Shown piece after piece: positions 36,370 through 47,842 of a stretch of DNA of 64,000 nt; position 1 is the stretch's first letter; each line of letters opens with the position of its first letter. The stretch covers positions 1,426,001 through 1,490,000 of the forward strand of contig JBHGNT010000008.1 of NCBI GenBank assembly GCA_043228905.1. The letters are read 5' to 3'. The position numbers and the translations under genes were made by a program. Under the pieces are notes generated by a model, which saw nothing but the letters and a program-made list of their open reading frames with translations, was not told the origin of the DNA and did not search any database. This DNA comes from Azolla caroliniana. Its lineage: Eukaryota; Plantae; Polypodiophyta.

Positions 36370-39227
36370 GGATGTTAATCGCAGGCTTCACCCTATGGTA
36401 TGTATGGAAAGCACATTGCCGAAAGGTTTGATAGATAGTGAGAAAGGCCAAAAAGGTAATTCTCACTATTTATAAGCTAGTATATAAGATAATAAAAAAT
36501 GAGGGTTTGTTGTGCCCGTTAAAAATCATTTTGTTGTGTGTCTTTTTCTGTGCTTTTTTTCCTATGTGTGTTGTTCACCATTTTCTATGCAGAAAAACAA
36601 CAGCTCGTCCACTTCCCGTTGCTCATCCAACAATGGTATCAGAGTGAAGGGCTTTGTGAGAGACCTCGTATGTGGTAGGAATTGTTCGGTTTTTTTCTGT
36701 CTTTGCCCCCTCTCTGCCATTTTTTCAAGAACTCGTCAAAGAGAGGTAATCTCACAACTCTCTTGTTGTTGTAAGGTCTTGTTGTTCCACTATTTTTCGA
36801 GCCATTTTTGGGGGAAATATACCTTCGAATGTTTTTTTCTTCTTTTCTAAACCTAGAAACTGAGAGGACTCACTCATTTCTAATTTACAAAAGAGAGGAC
36901 TTGTATTTTTTAATGCTTGCTCACTTGATGTGAGATTGTGAAATTGGAAGTTGCGTCTTAGTCGCATTCCATTTACCTTTTGCTGAGATAAGAGTGAGGT
37001 GTTGTTCTTAGATGAACACACATACATACCTTTGAACACGATGATAGTTGTACTTGAGACCTACTAGTGAGTAGTGTCCCAACTATCATTAGGTGCTTAG
37101 AGTTGCAATCAACTAGGTTTATTTACCACTTGATGGCCTCTGAAATGTCTAAGGTTTCGAGTACCTCACGCGGTGGTTCCTTTAATTCCCATAGAAATCA
37201 CTCTATGTGTGGAAAAGACCACCTTGAGATCCGTAAATTTGACGGATCCAACTTCACCTTGTGGAAAAATCAGATGAAAGACCTTTTGATTCAAAGAAGG
37301 CAATTAAGGCCATTAGATGGCGTAGCCAAGAGACCTGAAGGCATGTCCAATGACGGTTGGGAAGAGCTCGATCTCTTGGCAATATCTACCATAAGATTGC
37401 ACCTAGCTGACAATGTATACTTCATGGTCTTGGATTGTGACTCGGCCGAAAAGTTATGGACTAAACTATGTAGTACATATCAAAAAGAGGCCGCATCAAA
37501 AAAAATTTATCTAATGAAAAAACTTTATGATCTTCAAATGAAGGACACTGATAGTGTCGCCGCTCATTTGAATGATTTTGATGTACTATGGTCACAATTA
37601 CAAGCTCAGAAAATGACTATGGATGATGAGCTTAAATGTGTATTTTTGTTATGCACTTTGCCTAACTCATGGGACACATTTTGCATTGACATTAGCAATA
37701 GTGCACCAACTGGGAAATTAGTCTATAATGCCATATGTGGACCACTATTGTGCGAAGAGATTCGTAGGAAATCCATGACTGCAAATAATGTTTCTAACAT
37801 TGGTTCTCGCAAGAACCAACACTGTGGTAGGATCTAAATGAGAAATAACAATGGAAATGATATAGGTAGAAGCAAATATAGGAAGGAAAACATGGAGTGT
37901 CATTATTTTCGTAAAAAGGGACACCTCAAGAAAGATTGTTATGCCCTGAAAAATAAGGAGAAAGATAATGCTAAATTCAAAGGTGATGGGCACGGAAGAC
38001 AATCTAGTGGTCCCTCTTCCTCAATGGAAATAGAGGAAGTACATGTGACATGTGATGAGACGAACATCTTGGTCTTATATGAGGTTAGCACACCTATTGG
38101 GGTGAATATGGTTTTTTCTCCATCTCATAGGTGGTGGTTGGACTCTGGTGCATCATTCCATGTGACTCCACATAGAGAGTGGTTTACATGTTATGAAGCC
38201 AAGTCACTTGGGAAAGTTAGACTTGGAGACTCACATCAGTGTAATGTGATTGGCATTGGAGATACCTCAATGCACTTTAGTGATGGTTCTCTTCTCACCA
38301 TCAAAGATGTACGCTGTTATGTACACATAACGTTGGTGAGGGTAGGTCACTAATATTTACATTAGTGAAGGGTATGTTCACTATTATTAAAAAGGGGACT
38401 AATGATTGGATAGAATGAATGATATGTGCATGCACTATCATGATTTAGACAACCAATGAATAGAGAGCCTTTTAGAAAGGCACATCTATTCAAGGGGCCT
38501 AGGAAAAGGTATAAATATGAGGCTTAGCTACCCTCATAGAGATCATCACGTCGGAAGGCTGCTGTCGTAGACACCGGTGGTGCGGGCTAGGCTTTCGTCT
38601 CGACGATCGTGTTTATCTCTTCCAAGGTATTAGTCATCCTAATATCCGGCGGTATGGGACGTCGGTGGTAGGTTGGCTATGTCTAGATCATAGCTCGGGG
38701 GTGGTCGGGTGGAACGGGTTCTTCTATCCAATCTATTTTCTTCCTTTTTACTTGATTTGGTCTATTGATTAGTAATAGACTCTTAACAGTGGTATCAGAG
38801 CTTTTACTAACAATTTTTTTGTTGTTTTGATGTTTTTTGCGTGTGAGCGAGGGGGATCTAACAAGGCTCGTCATGCTCTTCTCAGGATCAAAACAACACT
38901 CTAAACCCGGTATTCTTCTTTTTATATCTCTTCTCTTTTTCTATTATGCGTTCTTTATGGTCGAATCAAATTGGTATTACGTTTTATTCTCTTTCTTTCT
39001 ACCTCCTACTACGCTACGATTTTACTTATTATTATGCATCGGGCCGAGCGTGTTTGCACTAATCGCACACGCTCAACTCATGGCCTTTTGCATATTGCGA
39101 TATATATCCCACTCTCTCCTCTCTTGAACTCTTACGATAATAATTATTCTTGTGCATTGGGTCGACCGTGTTTGCTCTAATCGCACACGCTTATCTCATG
39201 GCCGTTTTGCATATGATGTTGAGTATA

Positions 39228-39560
39228 CCACTCTTCCCCTCTATTGAGCCATCACTTGGCCGATTCTAAGGGATGATGTGGCCTTGACGAGGTGTATGTT
39301 GCCTACCTATGCCACTCTACTCTCTATTAAGCCATCAATTGGCCGATTCTATGGGATGTTGTGGCCTTGACAAGGTATATGTAGCTTACATATGCCACTT
39401 TCCTTTTTAATTAGCCATCAATTGGCCGATTCTAAGGGATGATGTGGCCTTGACGAGGTATATGTCACTTACCTATGCCACTTTCCTCTTTAATTAGCCA
39501 TTACTTGGCCGATTCTAGGGATATGTGGTGGTCTTGAGGAGGTGCATGTCAACTACCCTA
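39228..39560. repeat. Four ~83-bp tandem units in the leader of I
   Basis: Units start at 39228, 39312, 39395 and 39478 (core TTGGCCGATTCTA). Confidence 0.9.
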
Positions 39561-40543
39561 GGGTTTCGTATCTTAGGGCATGTTTGATTCCATACACCTA
39601 ATTGTTGATTATTCTAATTAAATTTTAATTTCATAAGTATTGTTTCACTTATATGATTTTCTAGTAATTATTATTTACCCGCCCACAATTAACTCTCCTT
39701 TTTCCACTTCCTTTTCATGTATAAAGTATTTACATCGTTTAATTTTAATGTAACCTTTACGTGTAGACTATTTTTTTCGTATGGAGTGGCTTGTTGAACG
39801 ATTTTTTTTCAACGGGTCATCTAGGTTTAACTCTTATCATCAAGCCTTAGAAAACGAGTAAAACCATATGAGTTCCCTTATTGATGTTTTACTCATGGAT
39901 TTGAGTATTACATCTTTGCGCACAACACCGTCATCACTTGTATCAATTTGTGGCTTATGTCACAATTGTGCAAGTTATAACAATCATATTGGGATGTATA
40001 TGTGCATACCTTGCACTTCCCATTTATTTTGTGACATTGTTTTTTTCGTAGGTAACACATGGGTTCTTTTTTTTTACCCTTGTTTTCGTCACTACTTAAC
40101 TCTTATGAGTAGTGCCTTATTTTATCATTTTATCATCACGTTTGCTTATTGCTCGCAAGACTAGAATATTACTTGTGAGTGCACTTGTTTTTTCACGTAA
40201 TACACTTTCTCGACCATATAATACATGATGGGTTGGCATTGATATAAGGCTATCTAGGAAATTTCATTGATGTAAGAACCATGGTTGAGCCTCGGGGAGC
40301 CGCCATGATTACTCAAGATAGAGATCCGAGAAATACATCTTAGCTATGTTTTCCCCCATGGTTTTTAAAACACCATAGTGTTACCATAGTTATCGGATCT
40401 CGAATCACATCTCATATGTCTAGAGGGGTAAAGACATGAGATACTTTCTTGGATAAAGTTCTTTCAATCAAAATTTCAAGCATTCATTTTCCTTGTGTAT
40501 TTTCTGAACCTCCTTATTTTATTGCATACCCACAGCGTGCATC

Positions 40544-43500
40544 ATGGAACAAGTTTTGAACGCAATTGGAACGATCTCTCCAAATGAGACCTCTCAACCC
40601 CAATCCGGATCTCGCACACAAGCTGAGATCACTATTGAGCAATTGCTCACTACTACCTTGAATCAATTGGCCGAAATGAGACAGGCCAATATGGCATTGG
40701 AAAAGAAATTCCAAGAATTAACTATTGAGTCCAAGAAAGACCACAATAAACCTGAGTTCGCCAAAACTCCGAATGTCAAGTTCATTGGGAAACGTAAGCA
40801 ATCCAGTGACACTCTTGACCGCGACTCAAAGAAACCGAACCTCTTCTGTGCATATTGCAAGAAGCGGGGCCACACAAAGGATACCTGTCGTCGTCTTGAG
40901 AGGAAGTCAATGAACACCCCTCCTCAAGACAAATCTACGAGTCACACAGGTGAGTCTTTTGATATTGTTGAAGTTCATACCAATCACTTAAGTTTATGTG
41001 AATGCACTTTTCCTTCACATTTACTTGGACCTAATGATTTACTCCGAGCAGTCGGATATATCAATGGAACACAAGCACATTTCTTGTTTGATTCCGGTAG
41101 TTCTCACAATTTTCTTAATGATCACTTTGTGCAGCAAATGGAGCTCCACATAAACGCAAGTGATCATATCTATCAAGTTCACATGGCAAATGGAAACGTT
41201 CAATACATTAGTGGCATTGTTTGTCAACTGCCAATTCAAATAGATACTTATTTGGAGAAGCTTGACTTTCATGTTATGAAATTACAATCCGCAGATGTCA
41301 TTTTAGGATATCCTTGGTTTTTTAATAAAAACCCTTCTTTGTCCATTGATTGGGTTAATCACTCAATCACATTTGAACTTAATAATTGTAAACATTTTAT
41401 TCAATGTTCCAAACTTCCTTCTCATTCACTTGTGTCTTCTAAATCTTTAAGTGAGTATTCTAGTTCATTAATTTATTCGTGTGTAATTGATCCTGCGGTT
41501 CAATTTTATTATTTTAATATTGACGCCACACAATTACCACATTTTGAGCAACGATTACTCGACTCTATTTTAGAGGATTTTCAAGATGTGTTTCCTACTG
41601 AATTACCGCTTACTTTACCACCTAAACGTAATGTGGACCATCAAATTGAACTCATCCCTGGGGCTGCTCCTGTGAGCATTCCACCTTACCGACTTAGTCG
41701 ATTAGAAGAGGATGAGATCGCTAAACAACTTAAGGAATACTTGAGTATGGGCCACATTAGGTATAGTAAATCACCTTGGGGTGCGCCAGTTCTATTAGTC
41801 AAGAAGAAGGAAGGTTCGTGGCGAATGTGTATCAATTATCGCCGTTTGAATAAAATGACAATTAAGAATGCATATCCATTACCTCGTGCCGATGATTTGA
41901 TTGATCGTTTGCACGGGGCTCGATATTTTACGAAAATTGACTTACGAACTGGTTATCATCAGATTCGCATCGCCGAGGATGATATTCCTAAAACCGCTTT
42001 TCGTACGCGCTATGGCCATTATGAGTTTTTAGTCATGCCATTTGGGTTGACTAATGCTCCAGCCACATTCCAACAAGCGATGAATGATGTTTTCCGAGAT
42101 CAACTCGGTGATTTTGTTGTCGTCTTCTTGGATGATATTTTGATATATAGCCGTACCTTGCAAGATCATGTTCAACATGTTCGATTTGTTTTGCGAAAGT
42201 TGCGTGACAACTCTTTCTATGCAAAACATTCAAAATGTGACTTCTTCCAAAAATCTATTGTGTACCTAGGTCATTTAATTACAGAAAATGGCGTTGAAAT
42301 TGAACCTTCTCGTATTGAAAAGGTTAAACTTTGGCCCATTCCTCGTAATATTCGTGAACTTAGATCATTCTTAGGGTTTGTTGGATTTTTACGAAAATCA
42401 ATTCGTAACTATTCCAAATTGACTGCGCCATTAACTGACCTTTTAAAAGGTCATCCACGTAAGTCTGTCAAACCAATTTCATGGAATGAACAACTTGACA
42501 AATCATTTGAGACACTCAAGGAGCATGTGTGTCAGGCTCCCACTCTTCTATTACCAGACCCTTCTAAGCCTTTCTCAATTGAAACCGATGCTAGTGATTA
42601 TGCTATTGGTGCCGTTCTTTATCAAGGTGGTCACCCTATTGCTTTTGAAAGTAAGAAGCTTGATGCTGCTCAATCTCGGTATTCGGTTCAAGAGAAAGAG
42701 TTGTTTGCAGTGATACACGCACTTAAAACATGGAGGCACTATCTCTATGGAAATAAATTTGTGGTTACAACAGACCATCAATCATTAAAGTATTTTTGTG
42801 ACCAGCCCGATCTTGTTGGTCGTAAAGGCCGTTGGGCTGACCTTAAGCAAGATTTTGATTTTTCCATACGATATCGCAAGGGTTCTATGAACACCGTTGT
42901 TGATGCTCTTAGTCGCATTAAAGAAGTTAACATGCTTAGCTTCACGGAAATAAAGAGATCACCTTCGAGGGAAATACCTTGATGACAGTTATTTCTCAAA
43001 ATACTGGACGAAAGCCGAATCTGGTTTAGATGCCGATACTAGCACCCTACCCTCGAAGGCGACCTTTCACATTACAAACGGTTTGCTCTACCGTAGTGGA
43101 AAGGTCTGTGTTCCAGATTTACCAAATGTTAAACAGAAAATTTTTCATGAATGTCATGATGCACCATCTGCTGGTCATCCTGGAATACAACGCACACTCG
43201 TTCTCATCTCGTGTACTTTTTTCTGGCCTAAGATGCGCTCTGACGTGCATAAATACGTAACTCAATGCTTACAATGTCAGATTAATAAGTCGGAACGACT
43301 TAAAGCTGCTGGTCTTTTACATCCCTTAGATATTCCCAACAATAAATGGGAAAGTATCTCGATGGATTTTATTGTTAGTTTACCTCGTACACAGAGGGGT
43401 CATGATGCCATATGGGTTGTCGTTGACAGGCTAACAAAATTAGCTAGATTTATTCCTACAAAAACCACGGTAACCGCTCAACAGTTGGCTTATCAATTTG

Positions 43501-44423
43501 TTGATGAGTTATTTCGTTTTTATGGATTACCGATGGATATTGTTAGTGATCGAGATTCCAAGTTTACTAGTGACTTTTGGACTCAGGTCTTTAAGAAACT
43601 AGAAACTACGTTGAGCATGAGTTCCGCAGATCATCCTCAGTCTGATGGACAAACTGAACGAGTTAATCAAATTATTGAGGACATGCTTCGAGCTTATGTA
43701 GCAAAAACCCCTTCTAAGTGGGAGCAATACCTTCCTATCTTAGAATTTGCCTATAATAGCTCTAAACATACATCCACTGGATATAGTCCTTTTATGTTGA
43801 TGTATGGTTTTCAGCCACGTGCCCCAGTTGATGTCACGATTCATCGTGATACATTAGACAGTACACGCAATTTTTTGCAAGACATGAACCAAATGTTGCA
43901 TATTGCCAAAGAAAATGTCAAGACAGCTCAAGATCGTGCTCGATTTTATGCTGATCAGGATAGACGTCCTCGTGCATTTACTATTGGTCAAAAAGTTTTT
44001 TTGCGTGTCCCGACTGATTCTACGTCATTATCTACGGGCAAGTGCGCTAAGTTAGCCCCACGATATTGTGGCCCATTTGAAATCCTTAAGCGAGTTGGGT
44101 CATCTGCTTATCACCTTGCCTTACCTCGTAACGTTGGTATTCATCCTGTTTTTCACGTCAGTCGTCTAAAACCATTTTTAGGCTCTGGTGATAACACCAT
44201 CACAATCCAAGATCTTGTAACATTAGAGGATTTTTCTTACAAACCTCATGTTCCTGAACGAATTATTGATTCTCGTACTAAACGTTTACGTTCTAAAGAG
44301 ATTCGGCTATTCAAGATCAAATGGATGGATAAACCTATTGATGATGCCACATGGGAACGCGAGCATTCGCTTAAGGCACAATTTCCTCACTTTATATTGC
44401 AAGAGTGCAATCTTTTGAAGTAG
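40544..44423 (+). pseudogene. pol: I polyprotein (short gag remnant, PR, RT, RH, IN, chromodomain) with one frameshift near 42955
   Basis: CAYCKKRGH knuckle, [19 protein letters not shown] integrase and IKW..ATWE chromodomain motifs. Confidence 0.92.
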
Positions 44424-45472
44424 GGGAGTATGTTATGTACACATAACGTTGGTGAGGGTAGGTCACTAATATTTACATTAGTGAAGGGTATGTTCACTAT
44501 TATTAAAAAGGGGACTAATGATTGGATAGAATGAATGATATGTGCATGCACTATCATGATTTAGACAACCAATGAATAGAGAGCCTTTTAGAAAGGCACA
44601 TCTATTCAAGGGGCCTAGGAAAAGGTATAAATATGAGGCTTAGCTACCCTCATAGAGATCATCACGTCGGAAGGCTGCTGTCGTAGACACCGGTGGTGCG
44701 GGCTAGGCTTTCGTCTCGACGATCGTGTTTATCTCTTCCAAGGTATTAGTCATCCTAATATCCGGCGGTATGGGACGTCGGTGGTAGGTTGGCTATGTCT
44801 AGATCATAGCTCGGGGGTGGTCGGGTGGAACGGGTTCTTCTATCCAATCTATTTTCTTCCTTTTTACTTGATTTGGTCTATTGATTAGTAATAGACTCTT
44901 AACATACGCCATGTTCCTCAACTAACGCGTAGTCTAATGTCCATTGGTCGGCTTGATGACAACGGATATAAGGTGATATTTGCTTAATAATCCTTTCGTA
45001 TAATGAAAGGAAATATGATGTTGCAAAAGGGAACAAAGTTGGTTCCCTCTACCTTCTATTTGTTCATCAAGAAGAACATTTGTTGGTTGTCACAGAGCAA
45101 CCAATGACAAGCATTTGGCATGGCCGTTTAGGCCACATGTTATGAAATGGCATGGAAGTTTTATCTCGTTATGGCTACTTACCTAAGTTTTCATCCTCTG
45201 ATTTTGCATTATGTGAACATTGTCGACATGGTAAGCAAACCAGAAGTGCACATAAGAGCCATGTTAACTCATCTACTAAACCATTGGATCTTGTTCACAC
45301 AAATGTTTGTGGACCTATGCCCACAAGCTCTTTGGGTGGTGCAGTGTATTTCATTACGTTCATTGATGATGCCACTAGGAAAGTTTGGGTTTATGTGATT
45401 AAGGGAAAGGATGATGTATACCATACTTTCCGAAAATGGCTTAGTTCGGTTGAGTTGGAAAAGGACATAAAA

Positions 45473-45632
45473 TGTCAGGAGTAGTCTTGAAGCTTCTACA
45501 ATGTTCCAGAGAAATCTGGAATATACATTAATTTTCTATAGTAAAATTTAAATGAAAAGAGATAGTGTAATGGTCAAGAGCTCGACCCATATAATATAAG
45601 GTCATGGGTTCGAGTCTTGCCATATCATGACA
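45473..45632. mobile_element. 160-bp solo LTR-like insertion with a tRNA-like module
   Basis: TGTCA...TGACA ends; TSD TAAAA/TAAAG; interrupts H integrase (DIK|LKALRSDNGGEY). Confidence 0.85.
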
Positions 45633-45757
45633 TAAAGCTTAAGGCTTTACGTTCGGACAATGGAGGTGAGTATACCTCTGATGAATTTGGTGACTTTTGT
45701 AAGTCTAGAGGCATTCGGAGACTCGAGTTTAAACCATTTGGAGAGGTGAGTATACCT

Positions 45758-46368
45758 TGACAAGAAATATGCAGAATAATCTCCAGCACCAACCGAAGTG
45801 TAGATCACTTGATGACAATCAAACACAGAAGAAATGGGAATGGAGGTAAGTACACAAACAGAAAGAGAATACACAGGATGTTAACATGGAAAACCCTGAG
45901 AGGGAAAACCACGGGAGTCCACAGACTCCAAATTATCACTATGTCAAGGAGTACAACAGGGAGTACAGAGGCAACGACCTCTTGCTCACAATCTTCGCCT
46001 GGCAGCGGTTACAACAGAGACATGCTCTGTATCGCTCTCTCTCTCTCTCTCTCTCAGTACAATCGTTACACCAATAACACTATACAAAGATAATAACAGC
46101 AACTATGATAATCATAATAAATACACATTGTTTGCCCTAGGTCACATTTATACTAATATGACATTAGGACTATTCACAAATATAGCCCCAATGGGCTCTC
46201 AAAAACATATCTACATATATGTCCCTTCATCCGGTGAGAGTTTCTCACCGGGCCTGCAACATCCGGTTCTCACCGGGTCTTCCTTGTCGGGTACTCGTCA
46301 TCCGGTTCTCACCAGGTCTTCCGATGTCAGGCCTTCGTATCCCATCCGGAGGGATCGAGATCCCAACA
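45758..46368 (-). mobile_element. Solo Copia LTR related to A/F
   Basis: End CCCATCCGGAGGGATCGAGATCCCAACA resembles the A LTR; TSD TACCT. It sits in an ~80-bp tandem duplication of H integrase. Confidence 0.92.
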
Positions 46369-46792
46369 TACCTCTCACGAATTTTGTGACTTTTGTAAGT
46401 CTAGAGGCATTTGGAGACTCGAGTTTAAACCTCCTTACAACCCTGTCCAAAATGGTGTGGCTCAGAGGATGAATAGAACCATCCAGGACAGAGTTGTCTC
46501 TATGTTACACCATGCAAACCTCTCACAAGGTTTTTAGGCAGAAGCTGTTTTAACAGCAATCCATGTGATTAATCTATCACCGAACACAGCCATAGGTCTA
46601 AAAGTGGCACAAGAGTTGTGGACAGGCAAGACACCTCATTATGCTCATCTTAGAGTTTTTGGATGCGAAGCATATGTACACGTTCCAAAAACTTTAAGAA
46701 AGAAATTGGACGATAAATTCAGAAAATGTATATTCCTTGGTTATGGAATTGATGGGTAGTTTGGATATCATTTATGGGACCCTGACACACAT

Positions 46793-47334
46793 TGTGGATC
46801 TCGTCGTACGAGAGCAAACGGAAAAGAAAATCGCGAATCTGAGTGGCAAGTGTTACCCATGTATTAGGAAGGTGGATGCATGAGTGCCCAGTGTCACCCA
46901 TGATGCATAAGAAGCACTTATATTAGTGGGTAATAGCATTAATAGCTAAAATACTTGATAAAAATGTGTTTTGAATAAGTATTTATCTTAAAAGTGGGGA
47001 ATAGCTTTAATAGCTAAAATAGTTGATACTGATAATAACAAGTGTGTCGATAATAGGTATTTAGCTTTAAAAGTGGGTAATAGCTTTAATAACTAAAATA
47101 GTTGATACTAGTTATAACAAGTGTATTGATCATAGGTATTTAGCTTTAAAATATTTTACTCGATATTATGTTTTATCGTAGATTCAACTAGCTATTATCA
47201 TCCTATGGCGAATGGTTCTTATCAAGTTATTAGCTATCGCTTAGCGAAACAACCATTTACAAATATTTGAATCAGTTCATATAATTTGGTAGAGGTTATT
47301 TTCTCATCGTGGTGCGAAAACGTCACGGCAACGT
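46793..47334. mobile_element. Unclassified AT-rich insertion in H
   Basis: The H frame resumes after it. It has internal repeats of AGTGGGTAATAGCTTTAATAGCTAAAATA. Ends are ambiguous. Confidence 0.65.
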
Positions 47335-47842
47335 ATTGTGGTCAAAATTAACGATGTTGTTTTATGAGAACAAAATGCATAAACAGTCTGTAAAGGAGGT
47401 AGAAGTGAGAAAGGTTATGTTTAAGGATATTGTGCCTTCTGTTGATGTAAAACAGAAAAATCTAATTGATGTAGATGCTTCTACATGTGGTCAGTCATGA
47501 AAAAATGTTATTGGTCAACATGATGATGCTCATCACAATGATGTGCAAAATGATAATTTTCAGCAAGAATATGCTCAGAATGATGTTTCTCATGCACAAC
47601 CCTAGTAAATTTGCTATTTATGTAATGTTACCAGATGTCGGTGAGCCTTCATGTTACAATGAAGCCATATTTGTTCATGATCATGCTAAATGGAAACAAG
47701 CAATGCAAAATGAGTTGGACAGTATCCATGGACCATAAGAATGGAACTAGAATTTAGTGCCTTTGCCAAAAGGTAGGAAAGCATTACAATGTAAATGGGT
47801 GTATAAGTACAAATACACATCCGATAGTGTTCATCCCAAGTA

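Larger units (their letters stand above)
35115..36428 (+). mobile_element. L1-like LINE ORF2 C-terminal remnant (continues at 63467)
   Basis: ACPLYSSPIETLRHCLWDCPQAQRV zinc-knuckle-like motif and WYVWK motif. Confidence 0.75.
38315..44904 (+). mobile_element. Young chromoviral Gypsy I
   Basis: Apparently identical 474-bp LTRs (38315-38788, 44431-44904); TSD TACGC; iMet PBS 38790-38801; PPT before 44431. Confidence 0.97.

Noticed and set aside
45555-45627. Functional tRNA gene
   Set aside because: Acceptor and T stems pair poorly; kept only as a tRNA-like promoter module.
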